A stretch of 64,000 bases of DNA from Candidatus Fervidifonticultor sextus (lineage in GTDB: Bacteria > Sysuimicrobiota > Sysuimicrobiia > Sysuimicrobiales > Humicultoraceae), in NCBI GenBank assembly GCA_031459875.1, contig JAVKHQ010000001.1, positions 224,001 to 288,000 of the forward strand. The letters are read 5' to 3'. Positions 54,223-64,000 of this stretch are shown one piece after another. A model generated the notes under the pieces. That model was not told the origin of the DNA. It ran no database searches and saw only the letters and a program-made list of their open reading frames with translations. How positions within the stretch are numbered: position 1 is the stretch's first letter; every line of letters starts with the position of its first letter. Both the position numbers and the translations under genes were made by a program.

Positions 54223-55435
54223 GGAGCGTGCGGATCAGATGGGGGTTGACCTGTGCGAAGGTCTTGGTCGGCAGGCCCCACAGGGTGATGAAGGCGCCGG
54301 CGTCGCGCTGGTTGTAGACCGCGTCCTCCCCGAAGGTGGCCAGGTCGGGGTTGTACAGCGAGCAGGGCGACCGACGGCCCACGGCCGAGGCGGTGCCCTT
54401 GTACAGGCGCATGCGCACGGTTCCGGTGACGGTCCGCTGGGTGGCCGAGACGAACGCGTCGAAGGCCTGGCGCAGCGGTGAGAACCACTGGCCGTAGTAG
54501 ACCAGTTCGGCATAGCGCGGCCCGATCAGCATCTTGTAGTGGGCGCACTCACGCTCCAGGGTGATCGCCTCCAGGTCCCGGTGGGCGGCGGTGAGCACCG
54601 TGCCGCCCGGGGTCTCATAGACGCCGCGGGTCTTCATCCCGACCAGACGGTTCTCGACCATGTCCATGCGCCCGACGCCGTGCCGGGCACCGGCGGCATT
54701 CAGCCGCTCCATCAGCACCAGGGGATCCAGCCGCTCCCCGTCCAGCCCGACGGGGCGACCTTCCTCAAAGTCCAGGTCCAGGTACTCCGGCTCATCCGGC
54801 GCCGACCGCGGGTCGGCCGTGTACTGGTAGAGGTCGTCGGGCGGCTCGGCCCAGATGTCCTCCAGGATCCCGGCCTCGCTGCTGCAGTGCCAGAGATTCC
54901 GATCCACGCTGTAGGGCCGGGCCCGGGTTGCCGGGATCGGCACACCATGGGCCTCCGCGTACTCGATGGCCTGTTCGCGGCCGCGGATGTGCCACTCGCG
55001 CCAGGGCGCGATGACCCGCAGGTGCGGGGCCAGCGCCTGGTAGGCGAGTTCAAAGCGGACCTGGTCGTTGCCCTTGCCCGTGCAGCCGTGCGCCAGCGCG
55101 TCCGCGCCCTCGGCCAGCGCGACTTCGACCTGGGTCTTGGCGATGAGCGGCCGGGCGATCGCCGTCCCGAGCATGTAGCGGCCCTCGTAGACGGCGCCGG
55201 CCTGTACCATCGGGATCAGGTAGTCGGTCACGAAGGTCCGGCGGACGTCCACGACGTGCGCAGAGGCAGCGCCGCTGGCCAGCGCCTTGGCCCGGATCGC
55301 CGCCAGGTCCTCGCCCTGCCCGATGTCGGCGATGACCGCGATGACCTGGCACCCGTAGGTCTCGCGCAGCCACGGGATGGCCACCGAGGTGTCCAGCCCT
55401 CCAGAATACGCCAGTGCAACCTTCCTGATGCTCAT
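54206..55435 (-). CDS. argG: argininosuccinate synthase
   Basis: LAYSGGLDTS, HGCTGKGNDQVRFE, ENRLVGMK. Confidence 0.97.
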   Translation of the reverse strand: MSIRKVALAYSGGLDTSVAIPWLRETYGCQVIAVIADIGQGEDLAAIRAKALASGAASAHVVDVRRTFVTDYLIPMVQAGAVYEGRYMLGTAIARPLIAKTQVEVALAEGADALAHGCTGKGNDQVRFELAYQALAPHLRVIAPWREWHIRGREQAIEYAEAHGVPIPATRARPYSVDRNLWHCSSEAGILEDIWAEPPDDLYQYTADPRSAPDEPEYLDLDFEEGRPVGLDGERLDPLVLMERLNAAGARHGVGRMDMVENRLVGMKTRGVYETPGGTVLTAAHRDLEAITLERECAHYKMLIGPRYAELVYYGQWFSPLRQAFDAFVSATQRTVTGTVRMRLYKGTASAVGRRSPCSLYNPDLATFGEDAVYNQRDAGAFITLWGLPTKTFAQVNPHLIRTLREPVR

Positions 55436-55462
55436 CGTCCTGCTCCTCTCGACCCGTGGTCG

Positions 55463-56683
55463 TCATGGTGACCGGGCGGGAATGCCGGTCCCGGCCGCAG
55501 TGTGCACGGCTGACAGCACCCGTTCCAGGATGGCGACCGCCTGGTCGATCTCATCGGGCCCGACGATCAGCGGCGGGGCCAGCCGCAGCGTGGTGGACTG
55601 CACCGCGTTGACCAGCAGTCCTTCGGCGCGGCAGCGGTCTACCACCGGGGCGGCCTCGCCGTGGAGGTCCAGACCCACCAGCAGCCCGCGCCCGCGCACC
55701 GCCGCTGCCAGCCCCCGGTCGACCAGCCCCCACAGCCCTGAGGCCAGGCGCGCCCCCATCGCCGCCGCGCGCTCGGGCAGGCGCTCCTCGATCACGGTGG
55801 AGAGCACCGTCAGGGCCGCGCGGCAGGCCAGCGGATTGCCGCCGAAGGTGCTGCCGTGATCGCCAGGCGCAAACACCGAGGCCGGCTCCCGGGCCAGCAG
55901 GGCCCCGATGGGGAATCCGCCGCCCAGCCCTTTGGCGAGCGTGAGCACGTCGGGGACGACCCCCTCGTGCTGGTAGGCGAAGAGGGTCCCGGTCCGGCCG
56001 ATGCCGGTCTGGACCTCGTCGAACATCAGCAGCAGGTCGCAGGCGTCGCACAGCGCGCGTACTCCGGCCAGGTAGCCGGGCGCGGCCGGATGGATCCCGC
56101 CCTCGCCCTGGATCGGTTCCAGGAGCACCGCACAGGTGCGTTCCCCGATTGCCCCCCGCAGGGCGTCCAGGTCGTTGAAGGGCACCGCGGCGAACCCCGG
56201 CGGCAGCGGGGCGAATGGCTGCTGGTACTTGGGCTGCATGGTCGCGGCCAGCGTCCCCATCGTACGGCCGTGAAAGGAGTGCTGCGCCACGATGATCTCG
56301 AACCGGTCCCGCCCGTCGCGCCGGCCCCACTTGCGCGCCAGCTTGATGGCCGCCTCGTTGGCCTCGGCCCCGCTGTTGCAGAAGAAGGCGCGGTCGAACG
56401 CCGAGTGCTCCACAAGCCACTGGGCCAGGTCGGCCTGCTCGGCGATGTGGAACAGGTTGGAGACATGGATCATCCGGGCGGCCTGGGCCGAAATCGCGCC
56501 GACCAGCCGGGGGTGGTTGTGGCCCAGCACGCTGGTGGCGATCCCGCCGATGAAGTCCAGGTAGCGCCGGCCCTCCAGGTCCACCAGCCACACGCCCTCC
56601 CCGTGGGAGAAGGTCACCGGCGCCCGCCGGTAGGTGGGCATCAGGTAGCGCTCCGTCTTCGCCATGACCTCCTCGGTCGTCAT
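55463..56683 (-). CDS. argD: acetylornithine aminotransferase
   Basis: NSGAEANE, SFHGRT, EPIQGEGG, DEVQTG, AKGLGGG, HGSTFGGNP. Confidence 0.94.
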   Translation of the reverse strand: MTTEEVMAKTERYLMPTYRRAPVTFSHGEGVWLVDLEGRRYLDFIGGIATSVLGHNHPRLVGAISAQAARMIHVSNLFHIAEQADLAQWLVEHSAFDRAFFCNSGAEANEAAIKLARKWGRRDGRDRFEIIVAQHSFHGRTMGTLAATMQPKYQQPFAPLPPGFAAVPFNDLDALRGAIGERTCAVLLEPIQGEGGIHPAAPGYLAGVRALCDACDLLLMFDEVQTGIGRTGTLFAYQHEGVVPDVLTLAKGLGGGFPIGALLAREPASVFAPGDHGSTFGGNPLACRAALTVLSTVIEERLPERAAAMGARLASGLWGLVDRGLAAAVRGRGLLVGLDLHGEAAPVVDRCRAEGLLVNAVQSTTLRLAPPLIVGPDEIDQAVAILERVLSAVHTAAGTGIPARSP

Positions 56684-57663
56684 CCTCCACCTCCCGGCGT
56701 GATCATGGTCCCGATGCCCTCCTCGGTGAACAGTTCGAGCAGCAGGGCATGGGGCGCCTCGGTCCCGATGATGTGGGCGCTGGGCACACCCTGATCCAAC
56801 GCGGCCAGGCAGGCTTCGACCTTCGGGACCATCCCCCGCGAGATGGTCCCGTCGGCGAGCAGCCGGCGGGCCTGGGCGGCGGTCAGACTGGAGAGCAACA
56901 CCGACCGCCCGCCGTCGGAGCGCATGACGCCCGGGACGTCGGTCAGGATGATGAGTTTGCTGGCACCCACGGCGGCGGCCAGCGCGCCCGCCGCATGGTC
57001 GGCGTTCAGGTTGAGGCTGACCCCGTCCTCGCCGATCCCGATCGAGGCGATGACCGGAATGTGCCCGGCCCCGCTGATCGTCTCGAGGACCGCGGCGCGG
57101 ACCTCCACGACCTCGCCCACCAGCCCGAGATCTGTCGGCCCGGACAGCCGGCGCGCCCGCAGGAGGCCGGCATCCTTCCCCGAGAGGCCCACGGCGCTGC
57201 CGCCTGCCCTTCCGATCATGGCCACCAGGGCCTTGTTGGCCCGTCCGGCCAGGACCATCTCGACGATCTCCATCGTCTCCTCATCGGTCACGCGCAGCCC
57301 GTCGACGAACCGGGTCTGCTTGCCGACCCGGTCGAGCATCCGGGTGATCTCCGGCCCGCCGCCATGGACGAGGATCGGGTTGACACCGGCGGCCTTGAGC
57401 AGGACCAGGTCTTCGACCACCGTGCCGGCCGTGCCGGCCTCCAGCACGCTGCCGCCGTACTTGATCACGACGGTCTTGCCGCGCCAGGCCGCCGCATACC
57501 GCACACCGGCCGCGATCAGCCGGGCCTCAGTGGCGAGAGCGATGGTCGATCCTGCGGTTGGCCCGGAGGCCTGTCCCCCCGCCGACGCCGCCAGCGCCGC
57601 GGTGCCGCCTGTGGCCCCCGGCGGGATCGGCTTAGTCCGCTGCGGCGCGCGGCGCGGCGTCAC
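56680..57663 (-). CDS. argB: acetylglutamate kinase
   Basis: VIKYGG, VHGGGPEI, GLRVTD, NLNAD, GMVPK; GTG overlaps the argJ stop. Confidence 0.94.
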   Translation of the reverse strand: MTPRRAPQRTKPIPPGATGGTAALAASAGGQASGPTAGSTIALATEARLIAAGVRYAAAWRGKTVVIKYGGSVLEAGTAGTVVEDLVLLKAAGVNPILVHGGGPEITRMLDRVGKQTRFVDGLRVTDEETMEIVEMVLAGRANKALVAMIGRAGGSAVGLSGKDAGLLRARRLSGPTDLGLVGEVVEVRAAVLETISGAGHIPVIASIGIGEDGVSLNLNADHAAGALAAAVGASKLIILTDVPGVMRSDGGRSVLLSSLTAAQARRLLADGTISRGMVPKVEACLAALDQGVPSAHIIGTEAPHALLLELFTEEGIGTMITPGGGG

Positions 57664-58877
57664 GTCAGGTACCCGCTGTTGATCCGGACGTAGGTCTCGC
57701 CCAGATCGCTGGTCCACCCTGTGAAAGCCCCCTCGCCCAGGCCCAGGTCGATCACCACGCGCACCAGGGCTTCGCGCACCAACGGTTCCGCCAGCGGGTA
57801 GGCCTCGGCGATCCCCACGCCATCGCGCACGATGACCACGTCGCCGATGGCGATGGCGAGGCGGCCGGGATCCACCTCGGCCCCGCTGCGGCCGACCGCC
57901 GCCGCGAGACGGCCCCAGTTGAGTTCGGCGCCGTGGAAGGCGGTCTTGACCAGCAGCGACGTCATCACGGTCTGTCCGGCCCGGCGGGCGTCCGCGTCCG
58001 AGCGCGCGCCGCGCACCGTGACCTGGATGACCCGCGTCGTCCCTTCGCCGTCCTCCACGATCCGCCGGGCGAGCCGGCCGGCCACCTCGGTCAGACCCGC
58101 GAGGAAGGCGGCGTAGCGGGCGTCCTGCCCGGCAATGGGCGAGATGCCGGCGGCTCCGTTGGCCAGCAGGAAGACGCTGTCGCTGGTGCTGGTGTCGCCG
58201 TCCACGCTGATGCAGTTGAACGTCTGGTCGACCGCCGAGCGCAACGCCGCTCGCAGCAGCGCCGGGTGGACCGCGGCATCGGTGGTGAGCACCGCGATCA
58301 TCGTCGCCATGTTGGGGTGGATCATGCCCGCGCCCTTGGCGATCCCGCCGATGCTGACCAGGCCGTCGCCCAGATGGACCTGTGCCGCCGCGGTCTTCGG
58401 GAAGGCGTCCGTCGTCATGATGGCCTGAGCCGCGGCCAGGCCGTCGGACCCCAGCGCGCCGACCAGTGCCGGCATCGCGGCGGTGATCTTCTCGATCGGC
58501 AGCGGTCGGCCGATCACGCCGGTGCTGGCCACCAGCACCAGGTCGGGCGCGATGCCCAGCGCCGCGGCCGCGGCATCAGCCATGGTCTGCGCGTCGGCGG
58601 CGCCCCGGGCCCCGGTACAGGCGTTGGCGTTGCCGCTGTTGATCACCACGGCCTGGGCGCGACCTGAGGCGAGCCTGGCCTCGCTCAGGATCACGGGGGC
58701 CGAGCGCATCAGGTTGGTCGTGAAGGTGCCCGCGGCCGCTGCTGGGTGCTGGGAAACGATCAGGGCCAGGTCGCTGCCGGCCGGCTTGATGCCGCAGCGG
58801 ATGCCGGCGGCCCGATAGCCCCGGGGGGTCGTCACGGTGCCCTCCACCGGCGTCACCTGCAGGGGCAGCGTAGCCAT
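57660..58877 (-). CDS. argJ: ornithine acetyltransferase / N-acetylglutamate synthase
   Basis: NSGNANACTG, STGVIG, IMTTD, KGAGMIHPNMATM, VDGDTST, DGEG. Confidence 0.95.
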   Translation of the reverse strand: MATLPLQVTPVEGTVTTPRGYRAAGIRCGIKPAGSDLALIVSQHPAAAAGTFTTNLMRSAPVILSEARLASGRAQAVVINSGNANACTGARGAADAQTMADAAAAALGIAPDLVLVASTGVIGRPLPIEKITAAMPALVGALGSDGLAAAQAIMTTDAFPKTAAAQVHLGDGLVSIGGIAKGAGMIHPNMATMIAVLTTDAAVHPALLRAALRSAVDQTFNCISVDGDTSTSDSVFLLANGAAGISPIAGQDARYAAFLAGLTEVAGRLARRIVEDGEGTTRVIQVTVRGARSDADARRAGQTVMTSLLVKTAFHGAELNWGRLAAAVGRSGAEVDPGRLAIAIGDVVIVRDGVGIAEAYPLAEPLVREALVRVVIDLGLGEGAFTGWTSDLGETYVRINSGYLT

Positions 58878-58894
58878 GAACTCACCTCACCGCG

Positions 58895-59932
58895 CTAGGG
58901 GAACAGGGGCGGGCCATCGAGCCCCATGCGCTCGGGGAACCCGCACATGATGTTCATGTTCTGGATCGCCTGTCCGGACGCGCCCTTGACCAGGTTGTCG
59001 ATGGCGGCCATGACGATGAGCACCCCGGTCCGGGAATCGACCCGGACCGCCACATCGCAGTAGTTGGAGCCGTAGGTCGCCTTGGTCTGCGGCAGGCCGC
59101 CCGGCAGTACGCGGACGAACGGCTCCTTCGCGTACGCTTCCATCAGGATGCCCTCGGCCTCGGCTGCGGTCAGGCCGTGGGCCAGGCGCAGGTAGGCGGT
59201 GGCCAGGATGCCGCGGGTCATGGGGATCAGGTGGGGCGTGAAGGTCACGGGCATGGGCCTACCGGCCAGCGCCGCCACCTCCTGTTCGATCTCGGGGATA
59301 TGCCGGTGCGCGGCGACGTTGTAGGGTCTGACGTTCTCGTTGACCTCGGAGAAGTGCACACCCGGCGACGCCCCCCGGCCTGCGCCCGAGATCCCGGACT
59401 TGGCGTCGATGATGAGGCCGTTGCGCTCCACGACACCCGCCTTGATGAAGGGGGCGATGGCAATGAGCGCGGCAGTGGGATAGCATCCCGGGTTCCCCAC
59501 GATGCGCGACCGGGCGATCTCCTCGCGATGGAGTTCCGGCTGGCCGTAGACCGCCTCAGCCAGCAGGTCGGGGGCGGCGTGCTCCGTCTGGTACCACCGC
59601 GCGTAGACCGCCGGGTCGCGGAACCGGAAGTCGGCGCCGAGGTCGACCATCCGCGTCTGCGGCCCCAGCCTGGGGGCCATCTGCATGGCCATCCCGTTGG
59701 GCAGCGCGAAGAAGACCACGTCGGAGTCGGCACCGATGGCGTCCAGGTCGGCGCCCTCGGTGGTGTGCGGCACCAGCCCCCGCAGGTTGGGGAAGACCTC
59801 ACCGTAGGGCTCGGCCTTGCGGCTCTCGGCGGTCAGGTGGACCAGGGTGACCTCGGGGTGCGCGTAGAGCAGCCGGACCAGCTCTCCGCCGCCGTACCCA
59901 GAGGCGCCGATGATGCTCACACGGACCGGCAT
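58895..59932 (-). CDS. argC: N-acetyl-gamma-glutamyl-phosphate reductase
   Basis: GASGYGG, NPGCYPT, SGISGAG, DNLVKGASGQA. Confidence 0.96.
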   Translation of the reverse strand: MPVRVSIIGASGYGGGELVRLLYAHPEVTLVHLTAESRKAEPYGEVFPNLRGLVPHTTEGADLDAIGADSDVVFFALPNGMAMQMAPRLGPQTRMVDLGADFRFRDPAVYARWYQTEHAAPDLLAEAVYGQPELHREEIARSRIVGNPGCYPTAALIAIAPFIKAGVVERNGLIIDAKSGISGAGRGASPGVHFSEVNENVRPYNVAAHRHIPEIEQEVAALAGRPMPVTFTPHLIPMTRGILATAYLRLAHGLTAAEAEGILMEAYAKEPFVRVLPGGLPQTKATYGSNYCDVAVRVDSRTGVLIVMAAIDNLVKGASGQAIQNMNIMCGFPERMGLDGPPLFP

Positions 59933-59968
59933 ACTATTTTTATACACCAGATCGAATATTCATACAAG
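59931..59968 (-). promoter_or_regulatory. tandem ARG boxes overlapping the arg operon promoter
   Basis: CTTGTATGAATATTCGAT and GGTGTATAAAAATAGTAT, 2 bp apart; overlap TTGTAT-17bp-TATAAA; AT-rich patch in GC-rich DNA. Confidence 0.8.
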
Positions 59969-59995
59969 AGCCGAATGAGGCCGCGGGGCGGCGGG

Positions 59996-60739
59996 CTAGC
60001 CCCGAGGCCGCAGCAGGCGCTCGTAGAGCACCATCGCAGCCGCCACCAGCCCGGCGGTCTCGGTGCGCAGGATCAGCGGTCCCAGGGAGACCACGCGGCC
60101 GCCTGCGGCGTGGGCGGTTGCGACCTCCTCCTCCGTCAGGCCTCCTTCGGGGCCCACGAGCACCGCCGCCGTGGCGAACGACGTGCCCGCGATGACCTCG
60201 CCGATGGGCCGGACCGCCCCCTCCCACAGGACGAGGAAGAGATCCTGGGGGCCCAGCGCGTGCAGCGTCGCCTCAAGCCCGGCCGGCGGCGGGATCTCGG
60301 GCACGTCGCCTCGACCGCACTGCCTGGCCGCTTCGGTGGCGATCCGCCGCCACCGCGCCAGGCGCGCGGGGAGGGGGGCCGACAGCGACCGCGCGGTCAG
60401 CACCGGATGGATGGCCGCCAGACCCACTTCCGTGCCCATGCGGACCACGAGATCCATCCTGGGCGCGCGGGCCACGCCCTGCAGCAGCGCAACGTCCACC
60501 GGACGCCGTGAGGCCCGGGGCGCCCCGATCAGGCGCGCGCTCACGCGTGCCTGATCCACCGCCGTCAACTCGGCTTCGGCCTCCCGCGAACCGTCGAAGA
60601 CGGCCACGGGCGTCCCGGCGGACAGCCGGAGGACCGTGGCGATATGATGCGCCTCCCGCGGGCCGAAGACGATGGGATCGGTATCCAGCGTCTCGGGCGT
60701 CACGTAGAACCGACGGAGCGGGCGATCAGGCCGCGGCAT
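59996..60739 (-). CDS. rsmE: 16S rRNA m3U1498 methyltransferase
   Basis: HHIATVLRL, EAARQCGR, VGPEGG, LGPLILRTETA. Confidence 0.93.
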   Translation of the reverse strand: MPRPDRPLRRFYVTPETLDTDPIVFGPREAHHIATVLRLSAGTPVAVFDGSREAEAELTAVDQARVSARLIGAPRASRRPVDVALLQGVARAPRMDLVVRMGTEVGLAAIHPVLTARSLSAPLPARLARWRRIATEAARQCGRGDVPEIPPPAGLEATLHALGPQDLFLVLWEGAVRPIGEVIAGTSFATAAVLVGPEGGLTEEEVATAHAAGGRVVSLGPLILRTETAGLVAAAMVLYERLLRPRG

Positions 60740-61562
60740 GCACGGCACTCCAACCGCGCAGGTGCTCGGTCCCCACCAGCCGGAGGCCGGCGGCCTCGAA
60801 TCCGCGCGCGACCTCTCGGGCACGTGCCGGCGCAAACCCGGATCCCACGATGCGGCCACCGGGCGCCAGGCAGCGCCGGAGGTCCGGGGCGACGGCCGCC
60901 AGCGTCTGGGCGGTCAGGTTGGCCACGATCAGGTCTGCGCGCAGGCGCACGCCGCGGAGTCCGTCGGCCTGGCGCACGGTCACGCGCGCGCCCACCCGGT
61001 TGGCGCGCACATTGGCGCGCGCCGTCTCGACCGCGACCGGATCGTTGTCCAAGGCCAGGACGCGAGAAGCCCCCAGACGCGCCGCGGCGATCGCCAGGAC
61101 GCCGGAGCCGGTACCGAGATCGATCACGACCGCCCCGCGGCGCACCAGACGCTCGACCGCCGCCAGGCACAGCTGCGTGGTGGGATGCTCGCCGCTGCCG
61201 AACGCCATGCCGGGGTCCACCCGCAGCACCACGCGGCCCCGCGTCGCCGGAAGTGGCATCCCTGAGGGGACGACCAGCACCCGCCCGACGGCAATCGGCC
61301 TGGCGCGCGCCTTCCAGGCATCAAGCCAGATCCGGTCATCGATCGTGCGCGTCGTCGGGGTCACCGGCGCCAGTTCGCGACGGAGGCGCGCCAGCGCCGT
61401 GCGCCCGGCCCTCCCGACGGGCAGGTAGGCCCGCAGGATCCTGCGCCGGGGTGTGCCCTCAGACACCTCCGCGAGGCCGCGCGGGCAGTGCCGCAGGAGC
61501 ACGTCGGCCGCCCACGCCGCCTGGGAGGGAGGCACACGCACCGAGACCTCGGTCCACCTCAC
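60726..61562 (-). CDS. prmA: ribosomal protein L11 methyltransferase
   Basis: DPGMAFGSGEHPTT, DLGTGSGVLA, ANL. Confidence 0.92.
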   Translation of the reverse strand: MRWTEVSVRVPPSQAAWAADVLLRHCPRGLAEVSEGTPRRRILRAYLPVGRAGRTALARLRRELAPVTPTTRTIDDRIWLDAWKARARPIAVGRVLVVPSGMPLPATRGRVVLRVDPGMAFGSGEHPTTQLCLAAVERLVRRGAVVIDLGTGSGVLAIAAARLGASRVLALDNDPVAVETARANVRANRVGARVTVRQADGLRGVRLRADLIVANLTAQTLAAVAPDLRRCLAPGGRIVGSGFAPARAREVARGFEAAGLRLVGTEHLRGWSAVHAAA

Positions 61563-61570
61563 CGGGACGC

Positions 61571-62695
61571 CTACTGAAGCAGGTCCTTGACCCTCTTGAT
61601 GACGGGCTTGCGCCGGATGCCCTTCTCATGGGGGGGCCGTCTGCCGTCATCTCCGGCGCGTGCGAACTCCTCCAGCAACGCCCGCTGCTCGGCCGTGAGG
61701 GTTCTCGGCACGACCACCCGCACCTTCAGGTGCAGGTGGCCTCGGCCGCCGTGCAGATCCGGCAGCCCGCGGCCGCGCACGGTGATGGTCTCGCCCGGCT
61801 GTGTCCCCGGGGGGATCGTCACCGCCTCATCGCCGTCGAAAAGCTGCAGGCGGACCTGGCCGCCGAGCGCGGCCTGGACCATCCCGATCTCGAGGTCGGC
61901 GTAGAGGTCACGGCCGCGCCGCACAAACGTCGGGTGGGGCTTCACGTGCACGACCACGTACAGATCGCCCCGGCCGCCGCCGCGCACGCCGGCCTCACCC
62001 TCACCGGGCAGGCGGAGTTGCATGCCGTCCTCGACGCCGGCAGGGATCGTCACCGTGACCTCGCGCTCCACCTGGGCGCGGCCGGATCCCCGGCACTTCT
62101 TGCAGGGACGGGCGATATAGGTGCCGGTGCCGCCGCAGTCGGGACACGGCCCGATCTGCGTCATGACGCCGAAGACGGTGCGGGAGGTGACGCGGGCTTC
62201 GCCGGTGCCGCGGCAGGCCGGACACTCCTGCGGGCTGGATCCGCGCTCGGCGCCGGTGCCGAAGCAGGTCGGGCAGGTCTCCAGGCGCGGAATGGTGAGA
62301 CGACGCTCGGTGCCCCTGGCGACCTCCTCCAGGCTGATCTCGAGGTCATAGCGCAGGTCGCTGCCGCGTACGGGCGCGTCCCGCTCGGCCCGCGCCGGCT
62401 GGACCCTACCGCCGAAGAACATGTCGAAGAGATCCTCGAAGGGGCCGAAGCCGCCGCCGACCGGACCGGTCTCCATCCCGACCCGCCCGAACCGGTCGTA
62501 CTGGCTTCGTTTGACCGGGTCGCTGAGAACCTGGTAGGCTTCGTTGATCGCCTTGAACCGCTCCTCGGCCTGCGGGTCATCCCGGCGCACATCGGGATGC
62601 ATCTCCCGCGCGAGCCGCCGAAAGGCCTGTTTGATCTCCTCCTGGCTCGCCCGGCGATCCACGCCGAGGATCTCGTAGAAGTCCTGGGAAGCCAT
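61571..62695 (-). CDS. dnaJ: chaperone DnaJ
   Basis: HPD J-domain, G/F region, four CxxCxGxG repeats. Confidence 0.96.
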   Translation of the reverse strand: MASQDFYEILGVDRRASQEEIKQAFRRLAREMHPDVRRDDPQAEERFKAINEAYQVLSDPVKRSQYDRFGRVGMETGPVGGGFGPFEDLFDMFFGGRVQPARAERDAPVRGSDLRYDLEISLEEVARGTERRLTIPRLETCPTCFGTGAERGSSPQECPACRGTGEARVTSRTVFGVMTQIGPCPDCGGTGTYIARPCKKCRGSGRAQVEREVTVTIPAGVEDGMQLRLPGEGEAGVRGGGRGDLYVVVHVKPHPTFVRRGRDLYADLEIGMVQAALGGQVRLQLFDGDEAVTIPPGTQPGETITVRGRGLPDLHGGRGHLHLKVRVVVPRTLTAEQRALLEEFARAGDDGRRPPHEKGIRRKPVIKRVKDLLQ

Positions 62696-62740
62696 CAGCA
62701 CCTTCCGATCTGGCGACGGGCCGGCGGCCCGGACGGGTGC

Positions 62741-63772
62741 CTAGGCGGTCGCATCGAGAACTTCGCTCAGGCGGTCCGCCACATAGCGCACCGCCGCGAC
62801 CGCCCTCCGGTAGCGCATGCGGGTGGGCCCCACCAAGCCCACGACCCCGGCCAGGCGACCGCCGGCGCGATAGCCGGCGACCACCAGACTGCACGCGCGC
62901 AGCTCCTCGAACCGGTTCTCCGTCCCGATGGAGACCCACACCCCTTCTCCCGGAGCCGCGGCCAGGGCCTGTCCCAGCACAGACTCCTCGTCAAGCAGCG
63001 CCTCCAACACCGCGCTCGCGACATCCGGCCGTCGGAACTCGGGCTCGCGCAGCAGGTGGCGAACGCCCTCCACGCGCAGTCTGGGGCGCGCCCCGCGGGC
63101 CAGGTCCCGGCGCAGCCAGGCCCGGAGTGCTTCCAGGAGTTGGTGGTATCGCGAGGCCTCACCCACCACCCGTTCCAGCCGTTCGTCGGTGAGATCGGCC
63201 AGCAGACTGCCCTGCAGCCGCTGGGTGATGACCCGGGAGAGTTCGTCCAAGTCCTCGGTGGCGATGCCCGCTGGCAAGGTGATGGGCCGGCCCTGGACCG
63301 CGCCGGTGCCGGTGATGATGACGGCCAGCGCCCGTTGCTCGCCCAGCGGCAGCAGATGGAGCGCCTGGAAGCGCTGCTGCCGCAGACCGGGTGAGGCGAC
63401 CACCGACGCATACTGGGCGATGGCGGCCAGGACATGGGCGGCCTGGTCCAGCAGATCGACCGGCGTCTCCGCGGCGCCGCCCAGCCGCCGGCGGATCGCC
63501 TGCCGCTCGGCCTGGGAGAGGGGCTCGGCCTCCAGCAGCAGGTCCACATACACGCGGTAGCCGCGGTCGGTGGGAACCCGGCCGGCCGAGGTGTGGGGAT
63601 GGGTCAGCAGGCCCATCTCCTCGAGCCCCGCCATCGCGCTCCGGATCGTCGCCGAGCTGACCCCCAACTGCTCGCGGAGCGCGCGGTGCTCGGACCCCAC
63701 GGGCTCGGCGGATCGGATGTGTTCCTCCACCACCGCCCTCAGCACCGCCCGCCTTCGCGCATCGAGGTACAC
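62741..63772 (-). CDS. hrcA: heat-inducible transcription repressor HrcA
   Basis: EPVGS, SSATIR, PHTSAGRVPT, GPTRM; GGAGG RBS before GTG63772. Confidence 0.95.
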   Translation of the reverse strand: MYLDARRRAVLRAVVEEHIRSAEPVGSEHRALREQLGVSSATIRSAMAGLEEMGLLTHPHTSAGRVPTDRGYRVYVDLLLEAEPLSQAERQAIRRRLGGAAETPVDLLDQAAHVLAAIAQYASVVASPGLRQQRFQALHLLPLGEQRALAVIITGTGAVQGRPITLPAGIATEDLDELSRVITQRLQGSLLADLTDERLERVVGEASRYHQLLEALRAWLRRDLARGARPRLRVEGVRHLLREPEFRRPDVASAVLEALLDEESVLGQALAAAPGEGVWVSIGTENRFEELRACSLVVAGYRAGGRLAGVVGLVGPTRMRYRRAVAAVRYVADRLSEVLDATA

Positions 63773-63789
63773 CGTGGGGCCTCCGGCCG

Positions 63790-63816
63790 TTAGCACTCAA
63801 AGCCCGAGAGTGCTAG
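63790..63816. promoter_or_regulatory. CIRCE element (HrcA operator)
   Basis: TTAGCACTC-N9-GAGTGCTAG, one mismatch from consensus. Confidence 0.95.
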
Positions 63817-63827
63817 ACGCCGCCTTC

Positions 63828-63857
63828 AACGTAGCACCGCGGTTTTTCGAGTGTCAA
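63828..63857 (-). promoter_or_regulatory. hrcA sigma70 promoter
   Basis: TTGACA-18bp-(TG.)TACGTT upstream of CIRCE. Confidence 0.65.
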
Positions 63858-64000
63858 GGAAGTCCACCAGGCCACCGCATCTGCCACGCCGCCCAGACCG
63901 CGGTGACGGAGGCCAGGAATGGGGAAGGTCATCGCGAGGGCGGACGACGGAGCAGGCTGCGCAACAGACCGATCTCCTCGACCCGCAGCCGCGCGCACGC

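Overview
High-GC bacterial chromosome segment, almost all on the minus strand. The backbone follows the Terrabacteria gene order: hrcA(CIRCE)-dnaJ-prmA-rsmE, argCJBDGH-argR (tandem ARG boxes), phoH-HDIG-ybeY-dgkA, a TAXI-TRAP transporter, CNNM, DUF502, cdd, an MgtE-N/Nramp-like pair, recO, T-box-glyQS, ppdK, dgt, membrane PPase, hpf, vapBC, secA, lnt, frameshifted prfB, DUF5693-csaB, spoVS, prs, gltX and tRNA-Gln. glnS and an XRE-TPR regulator lie on the plus strand. The mix of lnt, T-box, spoVS and csaB suggests an Armatimonadota-like lineage (inference only). The main accessory feature is a ~9.7 kb island (about 28.8-38.5 kb) between recO and glyQS. It encodes a 65-aa protein, a STAND-TPR-LuxR regulator with altered Walker motifs, a two-blade lipoprotein, a secreted M6 metalloprotease fused to a 7-repeat lectin-like propeller, two stand-alone propeller paralogues and a membrane protein. 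An identical 22-bp box sits exactly 19 bp upstream of a -10 element at both island promoters. Other observations: Lnt fused to a degenerate CPBP-like domain, SigH-type promoters at spoVS, hpf, phoH, TAXI and ppdK, and several apparently leaderless genes. All product calls come from motif recognition; no database searches were run.
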